DNA of 64,000 nt from Octopus vulgaris (GCA_951406725.2 OX597814.1:187674001-187738000), one strand, 5' to 3'; positions 27,631-42,230 are shown, numbered from the stretch's first letter. Notes: generated from the letters alone by a model not told the origin. Made by a program: numbers and translations.

Positions 27631-28714
27631 CAGAGTGACCAACCATAACAAACGACCTTCTGAACACTATTCTGTTTTAGAGTGTGCTTCTTTTTTGGAT
27701 ATATGAACCACTGACCAACACACACACATATATATATATAAAACAAACACACATGTATAGTTGTGTGTTTTGTGTGTGCATGCATTTGGACACTTATTAA
27801 AGGAAAAGTATTATAGCTCTTACATAAACTAACATTTTCCAATGTTTTTTTTTATTATTTTATATTGCTATATGAACAATATAAGTAGAAAAGCTGCATT
27901 ACTTTCCCAATCTTTATATAATGTCAATTTTATATTTAAACATTTCAAATTCATATATTTTCTGATTGATCACCAGTTGCCATATTCTTATATGTAGGCA
28001 TTTACTTTGGTTTGGGTGTGAACTGACGTAAGGTTACTGCAAATCTTATGTCTTCACTGATTATACATAAAAGTATGGAACTTGGAAACTATTGAAGAAT
28101 ACACCAATTGAAAACTAAGTAAATAAAAGCATAAACTACAAAATTTCATTATTTCTGAAGAAGCTCTGAGGTATTTTTTCTATCAAGATGCTACAAGAAC
28201 CAAAAAAGGGGAAAAACTAGAAATTCATTATTTGAATGTATAGAGTCGCAGTCTAAAAAAAAAAAATACAAATACACCTATGCTTCCAGTACCTGAAGGG
28301 CTAAGCAATATCAAAGAAGCTTGACACAAATGCTATTACCACCATGTTAAAATTATGGCATAGCCTTTCTGCTACCTATATATGTGAGAAAAGAAAAGAA
28401 AAAATGAAATACTTGGTAACCTAAGTGTAAAGATATTGTGAAATAAGCACACATGCTAATCTTGCATGAAATCCAGGTGATAAATGATTGTTTCCCATAA
28501 ATTCACAGATAATTGATATTATATTAAAGGTTGGAAGTACTAATGAATTGTGAACTGAGATTATAAATTAGCAAAGCATGCACATTTCAAAATCAGCTGC
28601 AACCATATTTCCAATATTCAAAATAGGGGACTCCCAACCGACAGACAGTTTGGTTTTAAAACCACAGTAACTAGCTCGTGGTTATTTTCTAAGATTGATT
28701 TTCTTTTAAGTACC

Positions 28715-29088
28715 CATGACTGTGTGGTAAGAAGTTTACTTCCCAACCACATGGTTCCAGGTTCAAGCTCATTATGTGACACTTTAAGCAAATGCCTTCT
28801 ACTATAGCACTGGACAGACCAAAGCCTTTGAGTGGATTTGACGGGCGGAAACTGAAAGAATCCCATCACACACATACATGTGTTTGTCTTTGTCCCACAT
28901 AACCACTTGACAAGTGGTGTTGGTTTATTTACTTCCCCTACAACTTAATGGTTCAGCATAAGAGACCGATAAAATAAGTACCAGTTCAAAAATAAGTTCA
29001 GGGGTCAATTCATTCAATTATAATCATCAAGGTTGTGCTCCAGTACGGCCACAGTTTAATGACTGAAACAAATAAACGATAAAAGAAT
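28715..29088 (+). mobile_element. Family A tRNA-headed SINE
   Basis: Head CTGTGTGGTAAG...CCCAACCACATGGTTCC and tail AATGACTGAAACAA. Confidence 0.8.
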
Positions 29089-31484
29089 ATCCACAATCGA
29101 TGGATTACTAAAATCATGTCTAGACCTTTCTTCTTCAACTCCAGTTCCAATAATTTTCCACATCCTATACTTGCATCTTCGCTTGTCACAGATTACCTCT
29201 TTTATTATTTCTCTTTAATTTCTTATTTCATAACCCTTTCATAGAGTTAATATTTCTTAACTGAATTTGGAGTTAACTTTATTAAAAACACCAAGAAATC
29301 TTCTTTTTTTTTTTCTTTGGAAAATATTTAACTTGCTACATGAAAACTTTTGAATTCTTAAGATATTATAAAACTTGCAGATTCAAATTAAAATAGTTGC
29401 ATATAAAGAACTGAAGCATGACCCTGTGTTATCGTAAACATATGATAAGTTTATGCTAATGTGCATATTTACCATAATTATACATTATAATTTCTCTTGA
29501 TTAATTATTAGTAAAAAGAATCTCTTAAAATTATTATTAGTTAAATAAAATAAAGCTTTGAATAATTTATAATCTTTTGTTTTTTACAATTCAAATATGT
29601 TTTACCTAAACATTATGTAATAATATAGTTAATCAGAACATTTCTTCAATAAACCACACATCACCTAACAGTTACTTTAAGCTAAAATAATCACACTTAA
29701 TCTCTCATGCATAAATCTAACAGCTAAACCAAGATAAATTTAAACAGAAGTGGAAAATAGAAAAAAATAAATATCATCAAGTAGCCTCAAGAAATGTAGG
29801 AGCAAAATAAGTTTTCTGTTGGAGTTGCAAGGCAAAGAATATATTTACTCACATGTCTTATGAAAAATACATTTTTCATGTGTGTGTGTATGTGTGTGTA
29901 TGCATGTGTGAGCACATGCATGTATGTATGTAATATTCTTATGATTCAGGAAAAATTCTTAACATTCTAATAGTAAATTATTTTTCTCAAACTGATTGTC
30001 GATATTGGAATAATCAGAAAGACATGTTTATCCATACATCTTTTGGAAGCTATACAAATTCCATATGATGCGACAAATGAACTCTCCTTTGTCATCTGAC
30101 ATTTTTTTTTTTTCAATTTAATTATTCTTTTATTAACTCCTTTTGTTTCATTTTAACAACTTAGAACTTCTGTTTTCCAGTTCGTTCTATCATTGTTGTA
30201 GCATTGATGAATTATTTGTATCACAAATGCCTTTCCTTTCTCATGAATCATTTCAATCATTTCCTTTTCAGAAAATCTTATAACCTATTTAGTGTATTTT
30301 ATACAGGATTTCATTTTTAGATTTTAGTTCTTTTATTTCTTAGCTTTAGAATTTCATACAAAAAGCATGTTTTCATTGATAGAGACTAAAGTGAGACATG
30401 AGGGCTACAGACTGAAGAAAGAATTACCTAAAAGACTTCTAAAGTATTTCAAGATCATGAATCTGATGTTAGAGGAATTAAACTTTACTAAAAATGCTTC
30501 TCAAGTGTACAGCTTAACATTGCCACATGGTGCTAATTTCAGTAATTAAGAGATTAAGATTTCATTTAGCTAGTAATCAATGCTTAATACTTAAAAGATG
30601 GAGGTTGAAGCTGACTCCCAGATTTCATTCAAAATTAAAACATCACATGTCATACTGCAGACTGTTCTTTGGGGAAAGAAGATAGTGCCCAAACAAACAA
30701 AAATTCCCACAATTTTTACAGCTATATTCATTAGTAACAATCAATATTAATGCAAAATTGAATTGGTTAAGAAGATATTAGATACTGAACTTCTAGTCCA
30801 TAGGCTTCAATCCAAATCCACTGTTATGTATTCAAGCAAGACATTTAATTCCACATTGCTTCAGTTTATCTTGCTATTGGAAACAGATCATAAGGGAATG
30901 TTACCTTTAGATAGACTGGCAAGCTATACAGATAAAGGTTTATATTTCATCCACTTAACATTACAGAATCAGAACTAAGCTCTAGCCTGGAGATTAGCAA
31001 TCATTTACATTCATCATCATCATCATCATCGTTTAACGTCTGCTTTCCATGCTAGCATGGGTTATTTTATAATAATGCTATTACCAAAGAGAAGGTCTCC
31101 ACATAATCTCTAGACCTGCAAACTTTCTAACCAAATTTCTTTCTTAACCAATTTCAAACCATTCTGTAAAATAAGAATCACAAGTTTACATCTTAAATCC
31201 TAAGACAGCATGACCCGAAGAAAAGATAAGATGACCACATATTGCTGATGAAAGGGTTTTTCTATTAACAACTACTGTGATCTATATGAACAGAACTAAT
31301 CAAAACAACCCAACAACAATATCTCTCTCACACTCTTGCAACTTCATACAAAGTTTTTAGTAAGTTAGTATTTAATGCCCAAAACTCACTAAACCATATA
31401 AAACTTCTCTATTCACATGACATGCATTATTACACAAGTAGCAGAAACAGTAGAGTAACAGATTGCCTTATGATCTTTCATTAA

Positions 31485-31704
31485 CCCTATTGTTACTGTA
31501 TTTATTTTGAGATGCTCTGCGTTTCTTTCAATTACTTTAAATAAAACAAAGAATCTAGTAAAATAACTTAGTTATCACTCAGCTAGTGATAGGAACATAA
31601 ATTGCAACTAAGGTTTAGTGGAAGATTTTAATTCAAAATTTATGAAAACAAGACATTTGTACTCAGAGCCAGAGCCGGTTTCAGCCAGGTTGGTAACGAA
31701 AGGG
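31485..31704. mobile_element. piggyBac-type MITE (second family) inserted in a Meta-SINE relic
   Basis: TTAA|CCCTATTGTTAC...GTAACGAAAGGG|TTAA; downstream flank resumes ACTTTGCCATTCATCCTT. Confidence 0.85.
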
Positions 31705-32026
31705 TTAAACCTGTCTACATTCTAAGTTTAAATTTTATTGGCATCAACTTTGCCATTCATCCTTCTAAGGTCTTGAATTCCATACAATTTGTAACTTTAT
31801 ATGAGTATAAGAAATCATTATTACAGTTCAGTTCAACATTTCAAAACTAAAGAAAACCCTTATACTGGGTACAGAATTTCTGACTTTCTTCTAGTTGTCC
31901 CCCACTGTACACAACAACTTTCTGAAATAATTATAAATTACATTTATCATTCCACTACTATACATATGGCTCTTTAACATAAAAGTGACTTATTTTAAAG
32001 ATTACAAGTTAATTTTATTATCATTA

Positions 32027-32388
32027 CTAGCAGTATCGCCTGGCGTTGCTCGGGTTTGTTTCAACCCTTTAGAATTGGAATTTTTGAAAAGTAAAAATTT
32101 TGCATTATGTAGCTTGTCATTCTCTTTAAGTGAACATTTTTCTGGTTGAAATACACCAAAAAATCGTAAAAAATAGGGATTTTCATGGAAAAAAAGCACC
32201 TTTTTGATGTAAATAATTTTTGGTGTTAACATGGTCCGATTTGAACTTTTTCTTCTACAGAATGAAGAGCAAGCCTTCTATCATACTCTCAATTTTGGTC
32301 AACTTGCACCGCAGGATCTTGGAGGAGATAGTGTTAGTTGAAGGCTACCAAACCATACACAGACAAATTCAGCTTTATATATATAGAG

Positions 32389-32389
<1 letters not shown>
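32027..32389 (-). mobile_element. Non-autonomous Helitron with both ends intact
   Basis: Minus strand A|TCTCTATATATATAAAG ... GC-rich subterminal CCCGAGCAACGCCAGG ... CTAG|T; inserted between A and T with no TSD. Confidence 0.85.
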
Positions 32390-32434
<45 letters not shown>

Positions 32435-32435
<1 letters not shown>

Positions 32436-32652
32436 GGCAGGAAGTTAGCAGAATCATTAGCACACTGGACAAAATGCATAGTGGCATTTCATCCATCTTC
32501 ACATTCTGAGCTCAAATTCCACCGAAGTTGACTTTGCCTTTCATCCTTTTGGGGAGGTCAATAAAATAGGTTCCAGTTGAGCACTGCAGTCGATGTAATC
32601 AACTTACACCCTCCCACAAAATCACTGGCCTTGTGCCAAAATTTGAAACCAT
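32435..32652 (+). mobile_element. Meta-domain-like tRNA SINE
   Basis: Homologous to 6650-6865 (GACTTTGCCTTTCATCCTTT core; CCTTGTGCCAAAATTTGAAACC tail). Confidence 0.8.
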
Positions 32653-33422
32653 TATTATTTATCTTTGTGAAAAAAACAGATCAGATTCCATCTCATTGCC
32701 ATTTTCATTTTGTTTCATTAAATACAAAATAAAAAAATATATATATAATAAAAAAATATCTCCCAAGAAATGCTGCATCAACATCAAATGCATATATCAA
32801 TATTTCTTCATTAGAAAATTTTTTTTCTCTTCATTTCCTTAACTGCTTCATACAATTCCTGACATGTTTTCATTTTTGCCATAATTTTCCTGCATAGTTT
32901 TAAATGTGCGAGCTGGTCACACATACTAGCTACATCATCTCGTTTCGAGCAAGTAATATGATGAATGCATTCACATTACAGAACACTCTTGTCTTATTTG
33001 ATTAATTTATCATTAAAATTACTCTTAAATCTATAAATAACTAGAATATTGCAATCATAGTTATTCCTTTTAAAATACATTCAAACTTCACTTTTCCTTC
33101 ATTCATTTGCTTGATATAGCTCCTAGCTAAATTCTATGCTTAATACACAGCTGCCTTTAGGCTGAATTTAAGATTTTGCTACACCTATTTTCTCATTTTT
33201 CTCTCCATTTCCACATAAACAATCAACCTATTTTCATATATATATTTACTTGGTTGCAGCAATATAAATTAGTAATGAACAACTTGATCTCTTATTAATG
33301 CAGTCTTCAAAATGTTTTGGATTTTTGATTGTCACCTGTTCAAAAACATTTTTCTTAAATAAGTACATACACATATAGGCATACATATGTATATATACAC
33401 ACACGTATATAATGTGTGTGCA

Positions 33423-33472
<50 letters not shown>

Positions 33473-33743
33473 TGTGTGTGCGTGTGTGTGTATGTGTATA
33501 TATACATGCATACATATATATATACACATACATACATACATACATACATACATATCATCATCATTTTAATGACCACTTTTCCATGAAGTCATGGGTCAAA
33601 CAGAGTCTATTGGGACAGATTTCTATGGCTGGATGCCCTTCCTGTCACCAATCCTTACCTTTTTCCAAGCAAGGATTTTTTTCACATTCTCTCGAAAGTT
33701 TATAAATTCTTATTACATCAACTATATGTATATATATATGCAT

Positions 33744-34149
33744 AGGCATGGTTGTGTGGTAAGAGGCATGCTTCCCAACCACATGGTTCCAGGTTCAGTC
33801 CCACTCATGGCACCTTGGGCAAGTGTCTTCTACTATAGCCTCAGGCTGACTAAAGCCTTGTGAGTGGATTTGGTAGACAGAAACTGAAAGGAAGCCCATC
33901 GTGTATATATACATGTGTGTGTGTGTATGAATTTATGTGTATCTTTGCATCTGTGTTTGTTCCCCCATCACCACTTGACAACTGGTGTTGATATGTTTAC
34001 ATCACCATAAGTTAGCAGTTCGGCAAAAGAAAATAAGTAGTAGGCTTTAAAAAAAATCCTGTGGTTGATTTAGGTTAAAACACTTCGACTAAAACACTTC
34101 AAAGTGGTGCTTCAGCATGGCCACAGTGAAATGACTGAAACAAGTAAAA

Positions 34150-34152
<3 letters not shown>
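33744..34152 (+). mobile_element. Family A tRNA-headed SINE
   Basis: Full head, core, microsatellite and tail as in 16949-17328. Confidence 0.85.
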
Positions 34153-34220
<68 letters not shown>

Positions 34221-36393
34221 TACATACATGGAGGGGGAGAGAGAGAGATTTGAAGAAATTCACTTTGTAATTTCAAGGCTCTAAATTTGACTCCCTTTAG
34301 AAAAATTTGGGCAATGATTTGTATTCTTCCAAAGAGATCCTTTCAAATGGAAAGTGTGCAGTTGTATATTCAATGAACTCTATTCTGAAGGCCCATCATT
34401 GTCACCAGCTAAACAGAATTTTTTTAACTGAGGCGATGAAGGCACATCTCAGAATGCTTTCTCTAATGGGAGTTGTACAGCTTCCAACTTACAAACGCTA
34501 CTAGAGAACAAATTCGGCTCTAAGACATAAAATTATTGCCCAAGGATCAATTTTGTAAATATATGTGAAAATATCTACTTGTAATCAATTACATATTCAA
34601 CCTACCTGAGCAGGTAATAGTGCCATCACAAAAAGTAAAATCAAGAACAACTAAAAACTGCATTTACCAACATTCGTTACATCCTATCACCAAGTTTCAT
34701 CCAAATTCATGCAATAGTTATACTTTATGATTTTTATATTAGACTAACTGCATTTTCATCAAAATTTTTTATGTAAATCTAACACGATTAAGAAATTTAC
34801 ATACAGAAAACTCTAGTTAAATAGCAATTATGTCAGTTGTCAAGCATGGCACAATTATGCTTTGATTTTATACTTTACATAGAAATATTAATCTGGACAA
34901 ACATGTGTATAAGTATAATTTAATAAAATCACTGCAAATACAAAACATTAAGATAACCTTCTGTTTGAATAGCAAGTGAATTGTCACTTAAACATATTAA
35001 AATCAAACTATTGCTATGTTTGTTCATAACTTCAAAGTTTAAAAAAAAATCACAAGCTTACTCCAGCTAAGATTTCATTTAAATGGCCTGACCTTTGTCT
35101 GTCTGTAGGGTGTAGTAAAGTGAAATTCTATCCACTGAGTCAGCAATTGAGGGCACAAGGTGATTTGTAATTTGAGTACATTCTCAATAAAACAGGAAGA
35201 CTTAAGTAAAAATTAACTTAAATTGAACTACCACTCCAGAAACGGAGATAATATTTTCAGGACAATGATTATACTAAGGTTTACAGTTTAATTTTTGTCC
35301 TAATCAAAATATGACAAAGAGAATCTATTACTGAAACGTTTAACACCATCAAATGAAAATATAGAGGTAAATATAGATAAGGTTGTGAAATTCTGATGGT
35401 CCAGTTTCAGATCATAAGCTCTTCTTAACTTGAAGCTTTAAACCTAAATAATCTTTACAAGACTGAAAATAATTAATTGTATCAACTACTGTAAAGTGAA
35501 ATTATAAATAATAACATTCTGTTAAGGTATGGAATTTTACAATGACATGAATGCAATAGCTGAATTAAAGCAAGCAGGAAATGAAACCAGACAGTGGATA
35601 TCCAACTAGAGTATAACTTCCAACTAGAGTATAACTGTTAACCATAAATTTTTGTAATGATCACTATACAGTTGAAGAAAGCAGTATTTTTTTAACATTC
35701 TCATGCTATATCATTTTCCTTTTCACTGCTGCCTTCCATCTGGCAGAATAGTACATATTTTTGGGAAGGGTGTAGAAGTAATTATTTATTGTTCCATTAC
35801 ACAAGAATGTTATTTTTAAGGAAAAATTTGTCCAAAATTTCTTCCATCTTCACACACACACACACACACACACAACACACACACACAGTCTGTTTCTCCT
35901 TTTGTCTGCAAAAATTGATAAAATGTTAATCTACAAGAGTAATAAAAATCAAACAATTGTATACTTCATGAAGTTTTTTCTTTTTTCCAAAAAAACTTTT
36001 AATGAATATTTTATTATTGTTATTGCTGTTATGTTTTTACCTTGCTAATAGAAAATCAATACATCAGCATTTTTCCATCTTAAAAGACAATGAAGATAGT
36101 GATCAGACTACTGCAGAAATAGTCTATTCTCTTCAGGACGCAAGCTTAGATAGTGTGTAGAGACGCTGAGTTACCAAGTCAAGATTTTTCTTTCAATATT
36201 ACCAGAGGCATTTAGAGAAATGGAAGTATGAAGTTAAACAGCAGGAGCTGCCAAAGAGAAAGAATGAAAAGGAAAACGAAGAAACTGATATTGAAATGCT
36301 CATGTTGAAGGTGAAAATCTGTTTCTCATAAGGTTTTTCAAGATTTAAAAATCTCATCCTTTCTATTATTTTACTTAATTCCATCTAACTCAC

Positions 36394-36477
36394 CTCTTCA
36401 TACCCATTCGTGTTACTAATTTATTTTACTCTCACTCTCCTAATCTTATTTTGGCAAAGAGCGGCTAAACACATATT
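36394..36477 (-). other. Candidate 84-nt internal exon, probably 5' UTR
   Basis: Minus strand ctgac branch motif, tttttttttctttacattcctag| acceptor and GAG|gtgagt donor; stops in all frames; ends ATGGGTATGAAGAG. Confidence 0.5.
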
Positions 36478-39349
36478 CTAGGAATGTAAAGAAAAAAAAA
36501 CAGTCAGGGAAGAAATTCATATATTCCACACTTCAATGTGTTAATACATCATTAGTGATTGTATATAGCTGTATTAAACCTCATCTAATGCAAAAGAGCA
36601 ATAATAATTGCACAGAACAAAAGTGGTCCAAAAGTGCTTAGTAAATATCTTATCTTATATACAGTCAATGTTAAAAATTGACAGCTTATAAAGCTGTTAA
36701 ATTTCTAACAATGATATAACCTGAAATGGTATATATGTCAAGTGAATATAATACAAGACTTCTGGCTCTGACCACACACATATATACATCCTAGTATAGC
36801 AATTACTGTATCCCAGACAAAATATTTAACTTTACATATTTGAAAAGTCATACCTAAGAAATGAAGTAGTTGCCATATTATCAAAAATAAGTTATTGTTG
36901 CTCTTTATCACCAGATCAGCCCTGATCAAGTAGACCTTTAATCGAAAGTATTCCAAATGTTCATAGCCTATCTTTTCCCAAAGCACAGCACTCAAGATCA
37001 TATCCAATGTGTCCATCTTTAAGACAGTAAAGAGTGAGCTGAAGAAAGTTTGGCTGCTACATTTAGAAGATTAAATGACCATATAGAGGTTGGTTTATTG
37101 TCATTGTCTAGCCCAAAATCAGTCCTGATCCAGCACACCTATGATAAAAGGCAGTCAAGCTATGACCAAGAATATATTAGATAATATAGTTCAAGGTACC
37201 ATGTACCTTGGATTGTATTATTTGATATACTCTTTTCTAAGACAGCTATAATTTCTTGCAAGTTGCTTGACCACATTGGGACTCTTTAGTCTGTGGATTT
37301 GTTCTGTTCCCAGTTTTATTTACAGCAGAAATACTTTTGAGAAAGGGGCAAATACTATAGCTTCCAGATTTTGTCTTCCATATCTGTAAAGCCTAATATT
37401 TTTTTAAAGATCCCATTTTTAAGAAATATAAAGTTTAAGAAAGACAGCAGACATTGCATTTCCATAACATTTTGAATAATTTGTTATTCTTGAGCCCGAT
37501 AAAGATATAACCTCAATCAAAGGAAATGTAATCAAAAAGGAGTGACAAATGACAGAGAAAGTACTTTTTCAGTAGCAATGCAACTCATAGTGTATGAGGC
37601 CAGTACCAAAGAATAGAGGTAAGATCTTCACAAGTGGAGGGACTGTTAACCAGTTTTAATTTTAAGATGTAGCCTTTCATTTCACTTGACTAATAATTTT
37701 GAGGAAAGCATGAACATCACACAATCTCATTTGGACTTACCCATAAAATTTGAAGTCTTGTGCTCATTCAAGGAATCAATATGTCCTGACTTACTGTAAC
37801 CGATAGTAAAGTGCTACACTACATATACCCAATATAGTAACTAGTTCGGTGTCTCCTATTTCTCAGTTCAACTCCAACATACAGCCTATGCTTCCATGCC
37901 TCAGAAATTGACAACATAAATATCCTTAATATACTCTGATTGAGTCAATTAACTGAACCCCTTTCCTTTCACGTAGCTCTTACGACTAATGAAACAAAAT
38001 CAGTGTTATACTAACAAAGAAAATAAATTACGAAATTGTCAATAAATGAATAGTTAGACGATTGGTTGTAACCATTTCTAATTAACTGAAACAAATATAT
38101 TTCTTTATCTTTTAAAAAAATTTTTTTTCATTAGTCTTTCTCAGAAAGATGAAGTAATTCATCTACAAAAGAAAAAAATAGACCAAATCTTTGAAATATT
38201 TAATCATCTCCATATACAATGTCATTGATTTTTCTAGAAAACAGATTAAAAACTTCATAATAGTCAAAAGATACAATAACTATAATAAAAATGTTTAAAA
38301 ACACTAATTGTTTTTGTTTACTAACTGACGCCTAAAAATGTTTTTGGAGCATTTTCAAGGAAATACCAAGAAATATTTCAACTTCAAATTAAGAAAAATA
38401 AAAAAAAAATATTCTTAAATGTTATTAAATTTTAATTAAAACAGTGACTGTTCAAACAGCAAATTTCTCTTCTTAATGGTAATCAAGCAACATGATTATG
38501 TATTCATTGCTCAGCAAAGTAAAAATCACAGTTCTTCAATATAGGAGCCTCTGCTCAGCTAATACAAATGGGAACTAAGTAATTGAAGGCTTTTATTATC
38601 AATATCTTCAATTTTAGCCAGTCAAGTATGATAAATACAATACACAATGCTAGCAGGAAGCACTAAACTCAATTACTTCTATGTTGTTTATTGATTTTAT
38701 CCCTGTCCACTGATATGATTAATATTAAGCTAGACTTACAGGATGGCCTGAGAAAAGTACAGATGAGAAGAAAACTATTTACTCAGATTCTTGCATGAAA
38801 AGCATTTGATACATTTCTGTGTGTAATTGTTTGTTTTCAGTCTTTTTCTATTTTTTTTAATTTTTAAGACTTAAGTAGCAATTACAAAACATTTCAAACT
38901 AAATGGCTTTTGCGTGGGTGTGTCTGTATCAAGATTAATTAACTAGCAATTAATTTGGAAATTATGTCACAAATATATTTTAGTAATATAAAGTAGATAA
39001 ATAACGTAGAATATATAGTATAATCACCCACTTCACTGCATACAACATGTGTAGAATAAAATCCATACACATACTGTTTCAATAATTTATGGTCTTGTTC
39101 AAAATGGACAAAGGGTGTTTATATGCTTCTTGAAAGTATTATGTCATTATGACATAATTTCCATTTGAATTCAAATCTGAACTATTTTCACTATGCCAGA
39201 AAAAGAAAATGAATTTAGAACAAAAATTATTAATAACTGACACCTATTATCTCTTCCCCTATCTTCCTCAAGTGAAAATATAACAAATTAATTAATTGGC
39301 TAGTTTTTCTATTACTCTATACCAACAATAGACAGAATTACTGAAACAG

Positions 39350-39582
39350 AGGGCAGCGAGCTGGCAGAATCGTTAGCACACTGGGCGAAATGCTTAGCAG
39401 TATTTCGTCTGTCGCTACATTCTGAGTTCAAATTCTGCCGAGGTTGACTTTGCCTTTCATCCTTTTGGGGTTGATAAATTAAGTACCAGTTATGCAGTGG
39501 GACTGATATAATCAACTTAATCCCTTTGTCTGTCCTTGTTTGTCCCCTCTATGTTTAGCCCCTTGTGGGCAATAAAGAAATA
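39350..39582 (+). mobile_element. Young Meta-domain-like SINE with alternative tail
   Basis: Perfect 16-bp TSD AGAATTACTGAAACAG (39334-39349, 39583-39598); core GGTTGACTTTGCCTTTCATCCTTTTGGGGTTGATAAATTAAGTACCAG. Confidence 0.9.
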
Positions 39583-39604
39583 AGAATTACTGAAACAGGC
39601 ATAG

Positions 39605-39895
39605 ACTACAGCTATGCTAGGACACCATCTTGAAGGATTTTAGTCAAACAAATAGACCCCAGTACTTATTCTTTCATTCAGTCTCTTTTTGCAAAACCAC
39701 TAAGATGGAGGGATGTAAACAAACTAACACCATTTGTCAAGTAGAGGTGGGGGACAAATGCAAAAACACACGACAGCTTTCTTTCAGTTTCTATCTACCA
39801 AATACTTTTACAAGGCTCTAGTTGGCTCAGGGTTATAGCAGAATACACTTTCTAAAGACACAAGCAGGAAGACTGAACCCCATTGGTTGGAAGGT
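39605..39895 (-). mobile_element. Old family A SINE, reverse orientation
   Basis: GACCCCAGTACTTATTC and CTTTCAGTTTCTATCTACCAAAT are reverse complements of family A segments. Confidence 0.7.
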
Positions 39896-40612
39896 AAGCA
39901 AAACTATTTCATTTTATTCTTGTCCCCTATCTTCCTCATATGAAATTAAATATCACAAATTAATTAAATGACTTTTTTTTTTTATTACAGAAACAGGCTT
40001 GTCCATAAATATAGCACAAGTATATCATATTAATATGAAACAAATATGATATTAGTCGCAACTTATACCCCCACCCCAATATTCATTTTCATCTGCTTGC
40101 TTTCCTTAGAGGAAAAAAATTAATGAAAAATAATTAAACTGCTTACATAGATATAACAATATGTCAGCCACTAGAGTGAAAGGCCTTTATTCACACAATG
40201 ATGGCTGGTTCAGATACAAGAAAAGTCATATATGTTGCCTTGCATCTATATATGTATTTATATTTGTGTGAATTTGTGTGTGTGTGTGACTACTATCATC
40301 TTCATTTTAATGTCCTCTTTCTTATGCTTGTATGAGTTGAACAGAGTTCAATGAGGCAAATTTTCTATGACCAGATGCTCTTTCCGTGCCAACCCTCACC
40401 AGTTTCCAAAGAAGATATTTCCCCACTGGCCAGACATGTTTCCATAGAATGTTGGAAATGAATGAAGCTGCATGAATCACAGTGACATTCATTTACAAGT
40501 ACCATGCAGTGTCAAAACAGAAGATACAAACATACAAGACATATGTATTATGTTAGGTATATATAAATGATGGATTTCTCTCACTTTCTATCTACCAAAA
40601 CCATCCATCCAT

Positions 40613-40874
40613 ATCATCATCATCATCATCATCATCATCGTTCAACGTCTGTTTTCCATGCTAGCATGGGTTGGATGGTTCGACCAGGGTCTGAGAAGCC
40701 AGAAAGGTGCACCAGGCTCCAGTCTGATCTGGCAGTGTTTCTACAACTGGATGCCCTTCCTAACGCCAACCACCCCGTGAGTGTAGTGGGTGCTTTTTAC
40801 ATGCCACCAGCACAGGTGCCAGGAGGGGCTAGTAACAGCCACGATTGGTTGGTGCTTTTTACGTGACACCGACA
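40613..40874 (-). mobile_element. (GAT)n-tailed RTE-like SINE, truncated
   Basis: Homologous to 3893-4229. Confidence 0.85.
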
Positions 40875-40919
40875 TATAGATAATATACACATACATATAT
40901 GTGTGTGTATACATATATG

Positions 40920-41368
40920 CTCGGGCATGAAAGACTGACCATTATGTAAACCTCCTCAAGGAATGTGAAGACACAGGCAGGAAAGCAAAGCATTTTCCTA
41001 TCAAAGTCAGATGTAGAGGATTTATTGAACACAGTGTGAGACGACTGTTGTTATTGTTAGGCCTAACTCATTGCAAGGTAAATACTACCATGACCGATAT
41101 ACAAACTACAGTGCAAAAGGCTAGCCATTGGATTTGATTAAAAAAAGATGGTGAGCAATGGCTAGAATATTGAGCTTTATTTGATAACCAGTTGATCTAG
41201 CAAGTGGGGCCTCATATCAGTGAGTGAGGGCCGGTGCGCATTGATGTTGTCAAGAGGTAGGCCCTGAAATGGCATGCATTCTCTCCAGATGACCCCATAC
41301 ACTTGCTGGCTTCTAGTATGCTGAGCTTTCGACTGGTAGCACTTGCATGTGCAAGTTGTTAACAGAAC

Positions 41369-41370
<2 letters not shown>
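40920..41370 (+). mobile_element. 5'-truncated HERO-like (R2-group, RLE) retrotransposon C-terminus plus 3' UTR
   Basis: 40937-41173 translates DHYVNLLKECEDTGRKAKHFPIKVRCRGFIEHSVRRLLLLLGL...QKASHWI*LKK...W, matching the HERO pattern KY.ELVEEC...GW....PIEVGCRGF...EKASRWLWLKR...W; one internal stop. Confidence 0.75.
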
Positions 41371-41409
<39 letters not shown>

Positions 41410-41481
41410 TAAATGAGGGTGAAAAATTAGCTATTTTTAGCACTAGAGTTAACCACTTAGTGGTAACTCTCTTATATTTAA

Positions 41482-41516
<35 letters not shown>

Positions 41517-41954
41517 CATCTATGTGTGTACATATATATATGTATATATATGTATGTATGCATATATATGTATGTGTGTACACATATATATTTATAGATA
41601 CATATATATGTAAGTATGTGTGTCATTTATATTAATTCACTGATTCATTCATGTCCATTTTCCTTGCTAACAACAGTGACACAAATATATTGTTGAGGTA
41701 TTATTTCAGAGCCAGACACTCTTCCAGTTATCTAACACCTATTTCTCAAGTAGAAGACATCGTATTTCACACTCCTTGAAGGGCACAAAGCAATCAGACA
41801 ATTTGTTGACAGAAGTGACAACAAGTCCAAACGTTTGTAGCTTACAACTCCTGATGTACAAAAATGTAAACAAATACATGGATGATGGACTTTCTTTCAC
41901 TTCCTATGTACCAAATTCAGTCAAGGAGTTGTAATTATAAACATATGAAAAAAC

Positions 41955-42043
41955 ATGTACATGTGCGAGTATGCACACACACACACATACACACATATAT
42001 ACAATACACATGTGTGTATGTATATATATATATATATATACAT

Positions 42044-42076
<33 letters not shown>

Positions 42077-42155
42077 CATACATACGCACATATATATATA
42101 TATACATACACACACACATATATATACATACACACACACACACATATATATACAT

Positions 42156-42230
<75 letters not shown>

